Positions 51,201 to 59,151 of a stretch of DNA of 64,000 nt are shown here, one piece after another. The first letter of the stretch is position 1; each line of letters opens with the position of its first letter. The notes beneath the pieces are model-generated. The model saw nothing but the letters and a program-made list of their open reading frames with translations, was not told the origin of the DNA and made no database searches. Source of the DNA: a virus; the IMG/VR virus record IMGVR_UViG_3300020049_016021, one strand, 5' to 3'. The translations under genes and the position numbers were made by a program.

Positions 51201-54200
51201 TTCTAACAAGAGATTCATCAGTTAATCTTGGCCCAAGTCCTGTTGTCCAAAGCAACTTCATAGAACGTAAGAATTCTTCAGCCTTTTTCCTATAAGCCTC
51301 TTGAATTTCAATAGCTTTCTTAGGTTCTTGAGCTAGTGTATCTAATACCGCCATTGAAGTTAATTCTGGATCTAGAACATCTTCAGTAAGGATTGGCGTT
51401 AGTTCATTGGTTGCCTCAGCGTAGAATAAGTTCTCCTTTGTATTTTTTAAGTCCTTGTTCTTAAGATTCTCCTCAACCAAAGTTTTTATAAGTCTTAGTT
51501 TTGGAAGTAGGATAGCAGCATTGCTTTTTATAAGTTTACCATTGTTACCAAGGGAATCAAGATTTATTTTCTCTAGTGCTTCAAGATGAGCTATTTGTTT
51601 CTTTACTGCCTCTAGTGCTGTGTAGTCTTCTGATATCTTTTCACCATCAAATTCACTTACCTCAACAATCCGTTCAGCCGCTTGAGTTATTTCTTTTGCA
51701 GCGAGCTCCTTAGCTTCAATATTGTCTACGAAATCAGGACTTGTTTTTCTAGCGTCAAGAGTATCGAAAGTTTTCTGTTGGTCCTTTATCAAAGGTGCCG
51801 CAGAACTCTGTAACGCTTTTATATTATCATATTCATCAAGCAAAGCTAAAATGCTATCAGGTAGTTCATCTGCTTCCATTTCTAGAAGCTCTTCAACAGA
51901 GATACCATTTGGTAGTTTCGCTAAAATAGCTTCTTCTTCCTTTTGCAGAGTTTCAGCCACTTCTGCTATCTCATTCTTCAATAAGTCTATCTCATCTCCG
52001 TACATAGAAAGATCTTCTTCCTGAAGGGTTTGAGTTATTTTATTTAAAGATTCGATTTTATCAGCTAGATCCTTTCCTGTATTTGACAGCCTTACTGTTG
52101 CCGCTAATACGTCTGATTGAAAGTAAGTCTTTGCAACCTTTAACTTCTTTTCAGTTTCAATAGCTGTGGCCCTTTTCTCTAGGAAACTATTAACAGTTTT
52201 GTCAGTAGCTCCTTCCCCCAAAGATAAAGTCTTTAGCCCTTCTCGTACTGTTCGAAGTCCACTAAAATCTTTATTAGATACAGCGTCTTTATAGGCTTTA
52301 AAACCTGTGCTAGGTTTTATTAGCTTCGTATAAACTTGTCCCAGTTCTTCCAAAGCTGTTTCAGCTTCTTTTTGCTGGGTTAGAAGATTAGCAAGCTGTT
52401 GCTCATTGAGGGCATCCTTTGTTTTAAACTTACCAAGAGCATCTATATCACCAGCGTTGAAAGCAGTGGCTATTTCTGAAGCCCTAATTGGGTCCTGTTG
52501 CCACACTGCATTTATTTCTTTACCAATTTCCTCGGATAAAGCTTTTAGATTTACAATCCTACCACCAACATTAGCTGTGTAAGCTTTTAAACCTCTTAAT
52601 GTAGTCTCGTCTGTAGGCGATAGAAGTGAATTATTTACTTGTAAAAAGTTTTGCTCTAATCTTTCAATATGTGCTTTCCAACCATCTACCTGTTCTTGTA
52701 GTTCCTTCGCTGTTGAAAATCCCATTGCCTGGGCCTGTTCTTCTGTGGCTTGCTGTAAAGTTTCTAACTTCTGTATAAGCTGTTCTGTAGTGCCAGAGTT
52801 GAAGGCAGTTTGGGCCAGATTGTTTAACTTTTCTAGCTGGAAATATTTTAGTTTTAATGGATTAGGATTTGGTCTGCCAGCTTCTAAATCAAATAAATTA
52901 TCTAATTCTCCTTGATAGGTGATGTCAGCGGCCAGTGCGGAAGCTTTTGCCATATCCTTTTTAGGTAGGCCATCATCTCCCAATACTATAGAAGAAGCTA
53001 TTTCATAGTTACCATCCTGATCTGCTCCATACTGAGCAGCCAATCCTTGGTACTGTGTTTCATCAATCTTCTGCACCTGTCCATCTATCTCATTAAAATA
53101 CTCTTGTGTTCCGTCTTCTTTTGGCTTGGCTACCAGCTTTCCTTTTTTTGCAGGCGTACGCTCTATAACATCAGTTGAGAAGAAATCAGTATAAGCCGAA
53201 TTCAACCTTGTCTCGGCGTCTTTTTGACGTTGACGGTAATTTCTAGATTGAGAGACCGATCCTACACCAATTAGATCCGCAACAATAGATTGGCCACCAC
53301 CTATAATAGCTCCAAGACCAGCGGCCTTTACTCTGTCTGGATCAGCGAAATCCATTTCTAAAACATCTTTAATATAAGCTTTAGAAGCGTCTAGAAAAGA
53401 ACTATGGTTATGGGTAGCATCATTTGCTTTTTGAATTGAGTACTGAAGATTTTCTTCTAAGCCCTCTCCAAAAGTTTGAGTGATAATTGACTTTGCAAAA
53501 TTAGCATAGGAGTTGCCTTGGTCATAAAGTAACTTTTCAACAGCAGTCAAAGGAGCCTTGGCCTGAACAACCTTACTCGAAGATTTTGCAAGTCCTAGTC
53601 CTAAGTCATTCATCCTAGTAGAAGTAACACCAGGTTTGAATATAGGTTTCACAAGTTTTGTGAAGAAGTTGTTTGTAACTCCAGCCGTAGCCATGTTCAA
53701 CCAAAAAACATTGGTTAAAGACTGATTAGCTTTATCAGCTATTTGTTCGTCAGTTAATTCATTTTCTCCACGCTGTCTTGCGACCTCCAGTTGCCTCTTT
53801 ACTTGATCCCTAGAATCAATTCCCTCAAGAGCAGATTCATTTACAGTTAAAAATGTGTTTAATGTTAGCTCGTCTATATTACTAGCTATCTTGGCCAGCT
53901 TCTGACTACCCGAATTAAATAGGACATCTCTAAATGACTTTCCTTTTGCTAAAGCATTGATAACCCTTGAGCCTGTAGCTGCTTTTGCCAACAAGCCTGT
54001 TAATCCAAAGCTCTGAGTTAAAAAAGAAACTGTTTCAACATTAGCCGTAGCTAGTTGCCCAGGAGAAGATAGTTGATCCCAAAAGCTTTTATCATGGAAG
54101 TTTGCCTCTTGAAAGTGCGGAAAATGCTCAGTACCCCAGGTACTGATTGCCTTCCCCATATCCAAGAATGGGTTATGTTCAAATCCAGAAGCAAACTCTC

Positions 54201-54507
54201 CACCAGAAAGAGCTTTAGCACTTCCTTCTACAAGCCCTGTAAAAGCGCCTACTATTGTTGGTGCACCAGACAATGTTTTTACTCCTAAGTCCCCTAAGAA
54301 GTTTGCAATTGCTGTTGGATAGCCTTGATTATTATATCGGACATTGGCTTGATTCTCATAATCCAAGAGGCCCTTATCGTAGTAATTCCCCAGCAAGCTA
54401 CCAAGATAGGTGTCAGCGCTACCTATTGGTTGTCCGCCAAACTCATTACGAGGTCTGGCATAGGCTTTGTGTTTGACCGGTGAAATTAATTGACTTATAT
54501 CTGGCAT
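42220..54507 (-). CDS. Giant virion RNA polymerase-like protein (4095 aa) with an internal SF1 helicase domain and a C-terminal beta-prime-like DPBB catalytic motif
   Basis: Helicase: Walker A RAPAGAGKS (about 50765-50790), Walker B TIIIDEAGG (about 50560), motif VI VYTALSRARKYAHL (about 49850). RNAP: FRIPTTNYHSL (about 42885-42910; compare beta-prime NRAPTLHRL) followed by YYHGSDYDVDSLF (DxDxD at about 42765-42780; compare NADFDGD). Zero in-frame TGA; TAG stop. Confidence 0.8.
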   Translation of the reverse strand: MPDISQLISPVKHKAYARPRNEFGGQPIGSADTYLGSLLGNYYDKGLLDYENQANVRYNNQGYPTAIANFLGDLGVKTLSGAPTIVGAFTGLVEGSAKALSGGEFASGFEHNPFLDMGKAISTWGTEHFPHFQEANFHDKSFWDQLSSPGQLATANVETVSFLTQSFGLTGLLAKAATGSRVINALAKGKSFRDVLFNSGSQKLAKIASNIDELTLNTFLTVNESALEGIDSRDQVKRQLEVARQRGENELTDEQIADKANQSLTNVFWLNMATAGVTNNFFTKLVKPIFKPGVTSTRMNDLGLGLAKSSSKVVQAKAPLTAVEKLLYDQGNSYANFAKSIITQTFGEGLEENLQYSIQKANDATHNHSSFLDASKAYIKDVLEMDFADPDRVKAAGLGAIIGGGQSIVADLIGVGSVSQSRNYRQRQKDAETRLNSAYTDFFSTDVIERTPAKKGKLVAKPKEDGTQEYFNEIDGQVQKIDETQYQGLAAQYGADQDGNYEIASSIVLGDDGLPKKDMAKASALAADITYQGELDNLFDLEAGRPNPNPLKLKYFQLEKLNNLAQTAFNSGTTEQLIQKLETLQQATEEQAQAMGFSTAKELQEQVDGWKAHIERLEQNFLQVNNSLLSPTDETTLRGLKAYTANVGGRIVNLKALSEEIGKEINAVWQQDPIRASEIATAFNAGDIDALGKFKTKDALNEQQLANLLTQQKEAETALEELGQVYTKLIKPSTGFKAYKDAVSNKDFSGLRTVREGLKTLSLGEGATDKTVNSFLEKRATAIETEKKLKVAKTYFQSDVLAATVRLSNTGKDLADKIESLNKITQTLQEEDLSMYGDEIDLLKNEIAEVAETLQKEEEAILAKLPNGISVEELLEMEADELPDSILALLDEYDNIKALQSSAAPLIKDQQKTFDTLDARKTSPDFVDNIEAKELAAKEITQAAERIVEVSEFDGEKISEDYTALEAVKKQIAHLEALEKINLDSLGNNGKLIKSNAAILLPKLRLIKTLVEENLKNKDLKNTKENLFYAEATNELTPILTEDVLDPELTSMAVLDTLAQEPKKAIEIQEAYRKKAEEFLRSMKLLWTTGLGPRLTDESLVRILDNPSRGFLEVLRILEAKEKLNPLPKQNIDPLVNFNKNYDIVDFNTALGNYVGNATKEELAALVKLQAQLTALQHIQLAAEGGFNHVEFLSKIRKFIKNNPLLPLPSSAQIRVARELATFFSTPKNSGKLYSAGAALRAPAGAGKSLVVSKLLKHVLGLKDEEIISAAPYQLAAENIAESLGNPDNTNTIEQIIAKLESDTLGKVRTIIIDEAGGLTIETINKFASAVAKYNTLNEEAQVKYLFLYDPNQVTPGNVGRPALDLEFYDNFSATETEYHNGDKAVKEAFETGRRPITAVTGLPLVENLLQISPLSATYRADLDELIDLQNQYKSKEEVVEHNSSSSKDISLSAEEIEGSFAETGNSIVDSYKRSVRSNPARTRIILVGSKAKQAQYQASLPDATVLMVPEAAGIVRDEVYVDITKGDQVNFENVEVYNQWVYTALSRARKYAHLSNVPKASHIVDPTIAAQPKTTRTAEEVLKLLDERIKILEALTDVAVPSEEAPVPESKPKKEKEEEEEDITWEEDIPIDTPPQQPVVQGAHRLLHPTNATFKHDQGRDGINPLVPGEVLQIALDRTPKKDGTPASRYVILRKLGGDLFERIAVLGESENRRLEENLGISLQTLQPSTLSSTATPGVFRSPGLDSIEIINQASSAPLQYLYGEEPTEDFSSLARDANSGKITDIPLLRKYLNEMWGPSGDEQLENYSEILANPAKHVTIGVFKSAKDLDRWFPDATSIEDRPQIGPPYMMIHGLRTTTGKVVKTQFIRLAPTVLNTKTTNIEPLVKFIKTLEQFEKALASSKLPGAYSTLKLGGMVDIAGEKYFPFHELITHLSNTHTALVEGKEATLKLSPAPALNKLFPDVDGKKIPKKLLELASELDFLVHGNIEAGKRRSYKGEAQLIMDSIGSQNLVITTHNGKNIILRDYKVLDEEKDVKDTKGISLLGPIKFTRKKGLAYNPKINSALLNRLEAYRGSLVRRGKAGTPRFHFINELLETPGNKHLSPISLEDLKDVFLEGQDKTGTFSNISEGFGLRTPLPKSFDVSAETALENLPLELVTTHFTGVRHTVIDVALEAGVTSPLEQEQQRVERSELIRLKRRIEEFSKETSTKTIEQAITKEFSQKATGEFVSGLGAISLIEAVEKYREAHAQSQLYVTQNVAIITALKDVAKQESTALDNIKADLETSLDVKDTGRNQGDVASRDFIRASVLTRILNAINEQEVFTIADFARTDYYSGKKFDRARFDNDLESLIYEFEADEAIVRQKLQEVINHYNTLAQQAGLTERITYTELEDLYDIFDQLIPISSALRKKAREGSALPTVQAFDAESLDVPTGFSDYLEKLVALSDSPAEEFEDVFQSNFEYRDKVLSINPDDPMEGVTKLLEAIHTERSKRFLGENLGEEFSDVDVDNYVGRFTGKTPIQFLKSLFSNKKGELYQILEYGQLVNARGETVWGLYKNGITSFARLANGKISSRVVRHELFHKVFWEYLTPAEQVQALNLAREVYGELGVVELEEKLAESFETFVKTKTSNIFEILWNKLKRLLGFTYNNLSSVENFFNLIDNKAFYFKQRETPLVERAAMNLRSEFNSYTEYHQAKTFILAAYSEIQRNRPTTRVLSQSEILESVVERMKDFVESPSKFSAGITYTQEEAAQLRATLAKILKNGGLWRKLVNHYFGQTQTRGAVLKVLDAIKLKDIEEKEAKLAALLEGAPAEVEEGNEENVDTPESLTSELDALRAETFDSMLVDPHVKLTGAIKQRLITIKYWKNGKEDYADLNRAYSFLLERIASIPKHSIRGALEALKHNFKEFQGIRSKPNIRWATGNAMLNLFHDIETKLDAPNRLKNISFRKDATFKGVYAIYSLDGSSVEEVTLHTAKQFPTKYGVEHQQSTTHSFIELLANKVRVPYSSVGQAYYLFEDMDFLKSLLAAVASLRKSKPLAFIERWDFGIYKVINYIIKAGGGKRAHEANLRFFFNKYVETRLEAKEKKLFPQEFMDKLYNTNVKTIEEKRSLIKEFLNLIDVHKRITDASARSVELFFERLKLVAPKLQAGYATEKTDYETEEEYQEARSGETLLENEGSFIDELTDMLNSHFALGETHSYTRGDGKKAFGWIDSSYQTDLLTSLENALQGRPAKSFDTFSVQNGKVKSTDPFLSSNIFFNGLNTLFSYNEHDSWKQKGNERFAKFLRKENLNDFRKRHIVGNFISRVAASRGKYYQALPIPSNRTTIANVEVSVLKGAQIDKALLAIINAQKNRPDPKLLGNNPTYAKNYQSWRFAGLTGSTKDLSTTEAIEAVKKHVTTKVAELLPAFIRLPEKNAKVPISDKDLKAAASILNIGTAPEWKRNMSDEELNNYFEKRNQIVEKLIESFYFNFIINQYSLSQIIYGDEAFFANKEEQTKRIQIVTATGDTMLIDAVHGLPKESKVLVVEDLVREIPEDLEAAINASYGADYEASDAEGFMLPEFYEKIASAYGADALVDTVLKPVYFSIEKGVPTAVKYSVKVLTDELVAAFPHLATYREAMRNAKADQMVFKSGVKIGRPASPAKLGEDGRIHTNSISEGSFITLNNENLRFQLNPAHSVETSVAAPSQATAMQDTNGENTHEIYDLHLASATIIDNGVRQVSRDLRLTSKGTLTAASENLLRAKLIENLDGLDGAKDVYEILKTESKKQKASFNLPLIADRVVSSIGSMITAATTGFRFKGSKLVLQADLGPVEITNPDGSKEMRNLKWRDSEGYCEVILPEEYAAYMTVGDVLGLSNGLVGFRIPTTNYHSLLPMKVVGFYPKSAASQGNIIIAPSLIVYYHGSDYDVDSLFVIRKDYNDMKEALDLNTILSSVDPSHVYNPDLVTPVGEAYGYLNGKPITIEGAKLRDYLTSKVVSISQQINLLTSQMAGATYAERSQLNAKLKDLNDKLSKLNATTETVAKNDIVHNFATNLLEMKNRKDLLTPISFEDVVRNRHRMQKELSNLLTDDINSSFYKKLAESGLIKIKC

Positions 54508-54509
54508 AA

Positions 54510-56408
54510 TTATTGTGTTATAAACTCAGCTTCATAAGCTGATTTAGTTTTTATTGGAAACAATTTCTTTATAGTTTCATCATCAAAGAGAAGCCGCTCC
54601 AGATCTTGTGGTTCAGCTATGCGCCCATCAATAGTTAGAGGATCATTGAAGTTCACTTCTTTGCCGTCTTTTCTAGCCCCGTAGAATATACGCATAGGTT
54701 CACCGTTTTCATAGTGAGTTACCCCCACTAGTCCTACAGCTTTTCCAGTTGCTTTATCTCCTATTTCAAAATAGTCACCAGTTTGACGACCGTCTTTTAC
54801 ATAGCCAAAAGCCTTTTTAGTTAACTCTTCGTTAGCTCGTACAATATTTGTCTTTGGTTCTGCTACATAATAAACAGTTCCAAGAGCATCTTGTGCGGGT
54901 AGGATAGTAGAGCCCGAAGGCACGTGACCAGTAAAGCCCATTGCTTTTCCTACGGCTGGATACTTTGACTTTAGAGGATTATCCTTATCTCGCAAATTTC
55001 TGCCTATTTCTATCTTATCCTCAAGATTTTCTACTTCTACTATATCTCCTGAGGGGCCTTGCTTATAAACTCTGTAAGTACCAGCAGCTAACCCAGGAAG
55101 TAATCTATTAGCTTCTTCTTGTTGTGCCGCAGTTGTTTTAAAAGGATAATAGTGGATTCGAGTATACTTAGTATCCTTTCTAGCTACATTATACATATCT
55201 ATAAGTTCACTATCCGAGGCATTTGGATTAGCAATTTTTATAGACTTCAACATCTCTTTGTTAACGTTGGTATTTTTATTAGACATATAATAAGCATACG
55301 TAGCAGGCTGTGTTTTGCCTCTTGTCTTTCCTGTCTCTATATCTCTATAGGATGTTCCTCCAGCAGGTTGATACACTTCTTTACTTAATTCTGGATAAGT
55401 AGGTGCTAACTGTTTACCTAAAGTAAACTCGCTAGGCGTTAGTTCTGTTTGATCTTGCGTATCCAGATTATGTTTATAGTCAATCCGACTTAAAGCATTT
55501 CGGTGTTCAATAGCTTTCAAAGTTTTACTATGCGCAAACCGAAGATTCTCTTTTTGAATCCAGTCTTCTTTGTAATCAAGTGCTCCTGAGTATTCTATGA
55601 TTCCTGTTCTTGCGGGAATAACGTCCTGTTCATACTGCTTTGCAACTCCCTCGATAAAGGTATTAGTGTCTGTTCCTGACAATTCCGCAAGAGATTGTGC
55701 GTAACTTAGAAACTGAAGATCGTTATTTAATTTACCTCTCCAGCCGGCAGCAGCTTCACTTGGATCTATCTTTGTTACTTTCTCTTTTTTAAATTCGTGA
55801 TAACCATCGATAGTTTTCTGCCCTGTTAGTACAGAGATTTCCATAGTTCTAGGCTTTACCTTGCTCATATACTCCTCAAATTCTTTGTGAATGTCATAAG
55901 TTTTTGGAAGATCCTTCACTTGTACTTGAGAGTAGCTTCGCGTATTTGGATCAAAAGTAGTTGGTCCCTGCTTCTCATAGTAATTTTGAAGAAGATTAAG
56001 TTGCGCAGAATCTATCTCTCCAGAGGCTAGTCGTTTTCTTTCTCTGGCTAAGGAGTCTTCTACCTGTGAGTAGTTTCTTTCAATAGCTCCTGCTTCACCA
56101 TTAGGTGAAAATAGATCATTTGCCTCCCTCTTTAAAGCAATCAGTTCTTTTGTTGCTTGTGAATAATCACCCCCGTAAGTAGTCGCAACCTGGTCAATTC
56201 GATCTCTAAGCTGTTTTTCAAGTTCTGTAGCTCTGGCTCTATCTTGCGGAAGTGCCTTTACATATTTGTTCCTTAATGCTTCACTTTCAGCGAAGTTAAC
56301 ATCGTATTGCTTCTGAGCTGTTTCCAAAGCTGCGGCAACAAACTCAACAGGAGGAACATATAATGATCCCTTATAGGGTGTTCCTTTATAAAATCTATTA
56401 ACCGCCAT
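54510..56408 (-). CDS. Virion structural protein (632 aa), function unknown
   Basis: Uninterrupted ORF tightly packed between giant genes. Confidence 0.6.
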   Translation of the reverse strand: MAVNRFYKGTPYKGSLYVPPVEFVAAALETAQKQYDVNFAESEALRNKYVKALPQDRARATELEKQLRDRIDQVATTYGGDYSQATKELIALKREANDLFSPNGEAGAIERNYSQVEDSLARERKRLASGEIDSAQLNLLQNYYEKQGPTTFDPNTRSYSQVQVKDLPKTYDIHKEFEEYMSKVKPRTMEISVLTGQKTIDGYHEFKKEKVTKIDPSEAAAGWRGKLNNDLQFLSYAQSLAELSGTDTNTFIEGVAKQYEQDVIPARTGIIEYSGALDYKEDWIQKENLRFAHSKTLKAIEHRNALSRIDYKHNLDTQDQTELTPSEFTLGKQLAPTYPELSKEVYQPAGGTSYRDIETGKTRGKTQPATYAYYMSNKNTNVNKEMLKSIKIANPNASDSELIDMYNVARKDTKYTRIHYYPFKTTAAQQEEANRLLPGLAAGTYRVYKQGPSGDIVEVENLEDKIEIGRNLRDKDNPLKSKYPAVGKAMGFTGHVPSGSTILPAQDALGTVYYVAEPKTNIVRANEELTKKAFGYVKDGRQTGDYFEIGDKATGKAVGLVGVTHYENGEPMRIFYGARKDGKEVNFNDPLTIDGRIAEPQDLERLLFDDETIKKLFPIKTKSAYEAEFITQ

Positions 56409-59151
56409 AACTGTTTAGGATTCTTTTATAAACTTCTGGATACATACTTTTTAGAATTTGAATTTGATCGTATCCCTGTTTCTTGGCATTTAAGGCCTGT
56501 CCAAAATTACCAAGAGAATTAAATGCTGTATCTACGGCTTCCTTATAGGCAGCTCTATTTTGAGCATTTATTTCATTTGTTGTTTGTGTTTGCGCATTAT
56601 TGTAGCGCCTCTGATTGGAGATTCTTCCCTCATATTCAGTTAGAGCTCCAGCATTCATTTGTCCGTACTGAGTTGCTACCTGACTGTCAGCATTTAATTT
56701 TGTTGCTAGCATTCTATTAGCAAAAGCCCTACGAGCATTTATAGACCCAACCTCTAAATTAGAAAGACTGCTATCGAAACTTCTTTGACTTTGATACAAA
56801 GCCTGCGTAGGATCAAATATCCTTTTAGTTATAGAAGTATTGTCATATTGAGCTTTTTCTCTTTCTGGTCCTCCTGCCAATTGCCCAAATTTAGACAATA
56901 CTTCAACACCCTGAAGAGCATCCCCTATTGTAAATTTCTCCGCACTACCAGTCCTCTGTTGTCCAGTTGTATTGTTTAGAACTTTTAAAGCCTCAGAAGG
57001 ACTAGTTGTTCCTGTAGTTTTTCTAATACTCTCTACTTTATTATTAGTCATCGGCAGTTGCTCAAAAGGTTTCATAGTCAATCCTTGATTAGCTAATACA
57101 CCGAAACTATTATCCAAACTTCCATCTTCTGGCATGCGCAGTACTCCAAGAGTATTCGTTGGAGAAGTTTCTGCTACAGTTCTTGCTCTTGATTGTGGAA
57201 CCCCTGCACTTTGTGTAGGTGGTAATGCCCCTTTTACAGGCTCTTTAGTATTAGGACTTACAGGCTCTTTAGTATTAGGACTTACAGGCTCTTTAGTGTA
57301 AGGAATAATCTGCCCTTGGCTACTCAGGGGCGTTCCATCAGGCACTTTCCATTGAGTTTGGGTGTTCTCCATAGGATACTTACGCTTATGTTGTTCAATA
57401 GCTGCGCGGGTTAATTTATTTCGTAACCCTGGTCCTGCGTCTTCTATAACGGTATACTCACCCATGCGATCTCTTTTTAAGAATCTGTCTGTATATGGAT
57501 CATAGTAATTTCCAGTATATAATCCCATATTACGTTTTTCTAAAAGCATATATGGAGCGGGATTTTTTGCTGAATATTGAGTTGTTGGTCCACTTGGTTC
57601 TCTCAACTGAAAAGAAAGTTGATTCTTTAAATTGGCTATTGGATCTTCAAAATCTACTGTCTCTTGAATTCTTGGTGTGTTTGCTTGTTGTGTTTGAGCA
57701 TTAATGGGATATTGTTGCTTGTGTTGTTCAATCGCTTCTCTTGAAAGCTTATTGCGTAATCCTGGGCCAGCATCACTAATAACTGAATATTCTCCCATTC
57801 TATCCCGTTTTAAAAAACGATCCTTATACGGATCATAATACGTTCCAGTATATAACCCCATTTTTTGTTGTTCCACAAGCATATAAGGATACTCTGGATC
57901 ACCTGGGTCCATGGAGCCACCAGTAGCATAACTATTAGTGTTTCCTCTTAGCCCTAATCTTGTAGCCACACCTTCTTGAGTGGTAGCTAAACTTTGATTA
58001 GCCTTGTTTGCAAATTCGATAGTATTCTGACTAATACTATCATAAGGAGTTGTCTTGAGTCTTTTCTCTGCTTTACCCGCAGCAATCTCTGATAATCTAG
58101 CCAAAGATGCAAATGATTGATTTGTCTTTGGATCTGTTAGTTGATTTGAATAAACAAATCTATTCTTTACCACTTCATTATGGTCTAATCGTACATTCTT
58201 TGTTGGGTAATAATTCCCATCAACCTGATTTGGGTTACCTTGCACTTGGAAAGCGGAGTCAGAAAGCTCTATGTCACCCCCTGTAGCAAATCCAGTAGAA
58301 AATTTTTTCTTTTGTGGCGTACCATGCGACTTTGAACCAATATTAAAATCTTTGGACAATACGTCTATATCCGCAATAGGAACACTCGCATACTTATTAC
58401 TTTTTGTATCGTGTACAAAAATTTCTGATGGCGAGAAGCTGTTTTGTATAAAAACATAGTTATCAACTGATCCTATTTTGTCAAAATTAGCTGGATTATT
58501 GCCTAATTTTCCACTACTATTCTGCCACCCACTTTCTCTACCTAGGGCCTTAAGAAACTTTTGTTGATACTGTGGATCAGTCTCAACACCGATAAACTTT
58601 AGTGGCTTTGGATTTCGTTGTGGTGTGGGCCTATGTCGCTGGTTTGCATCATCTCCAAAAAATCCAGTATTTGTTGTATCAATTTTGGTTGGGCCCCCAA
58701 CAGGACCACCAGTAGCCCGTTCTCGAAAACGATCTCTTGATTTACTATAAGAAGCTGTTCCGCGTTGTTTTGGTAATGCAGCAGTCATATTACCAAGCAA
58801 CCCATTTAAAACCGTTGAAGGTTGCGTAATCGGTTGTGTTGTGTTGGATATTTTAGGATTAGTTATGATAGGTTTATAAATTGGGCCGCCATTGTTATAT
58901 GCTCCTGGAGTAGCTGATAACACCATCTGAGCACGTTGTCTTTCATCTTTCTTCTTTTTAAGAAGTTCGGAGATTAGCCCTATACCCCCAGAAGACACAA
59001 CATTACCCCAATTCACTTTATAGGGATCTTGTGTTGCGTCAGCTTCATAGCTACTTACACTTAATAATTGTTGAGCCGCATTTGTTGCTAGCCCAACTAC
59101 AGAGCTAATGGCTCCGCCTGAAAAATACTTTTTTTGGGATTTTGTTTTCAT
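56398..59151 (-). CDS. Virion structural protein (917 aa) with internal tandem duplications (possible tail or ejection protein)
   Basis: Uninterrupted ORF; two about 61-aa repeats and a TKEPVSPN triple repeat; Gly/Asn/Gln/Thr-rich. Confidence 0.6.
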   Translation of the reverse strand: MKTKSQKKYFSGGAISSVVGLATNAAQQLLSVSSYEADATQDPYKVNWGNVVSSGGIGLISELLKKKKDERQRAQMVLSATPGAYNNGGPIYKPIITNPKISNTTQPITQPSTVLNGLLGNMTAALPKQRGTASYSKSRDRFRERATGGPVGGPTKIDTTNTGFFGDDANQRHRPTPQRNPKPLKFIGVETDPQYQQKFLKALGRESGWQNSSGKLGNNPANFDKIGSVDNYVFIQNSFSPSEIFVHDTKSNKYASVPIADIDVLSKDFNIGSKSHGTPQKKKFSTGFATGGDIELSDSAFQVQGNPNQVDGNYYPTKNVRLDHNEVVKNRFVYSNQLTDPKTNQSFASLARLSEIAAGKAEKRLKTTPYDSISQNTIEFANKANQSLATTQEGVATRLGLRGNTNSYATGGSMDPGDPEYPYMLVEQQKMGLYTGTYYDPYKDRFLKRDRMGEYSVISDAGPGLRNKLSREAIEQHKQQYPINAQTQQANTPRIQETVDFEDPIANLKNQLSFQLREPSGPTTQYSAKNPAPYMLLEKRNMGLYTGNYYDPYTDRFLKRDRMGEYTVIEDAGPGLRNKLTRAAIEQHKRKYPMENTQTQWKVPDGTPLSSQGQIIPYTKEPVSPNTKEPVSPNTKEPVKGALPPTQSAGVPQSRARTVAETSPTNTLGVLRMPEDGSLDNSFGVLANQGLTMKPFEQLPMTNNKVESIRKTTGTTSPSEALKVLNNTTGQQRTGSAEKFTIGDALQGVEVLSKFGQLAGGPEREKAQYDNTSITKRIFDPTQALYQSQRSFDSSLSNLEVGSINARRAFANRMLATKLNADSQVATQYGQMNAGALTEYEGRISNQRRYNNAQTQTTNEINAQNRAAYKEAVDTAFNSLGNFGQALNAKKQGYDQIQILKSMYPEVYKRILNSYGG
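57232..57305 (-). repeat. 24-bp tandem repeat (about 3 copies) encoding (TKEPVSPN)x3
   Basis: Direct repeats ACAGGCTCTTTAGTATTAGGACTT on the plus strand. Confidence 0.7.
57373..57888 (-). repeat. Intragenic duplication: two 183-nt copies (57373-57555 and 57706-57888) encoding PYML(V/L)E..MGLYTG.YYDPY.DRFLKRDRMGEY.VI.DAGPGLRNKL..AAIEQHK..YP
   Basis: About 75% identical 61-aa units at residues 422-482 and 533-593 of the 917-aa protein. Confidence 0.7.
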
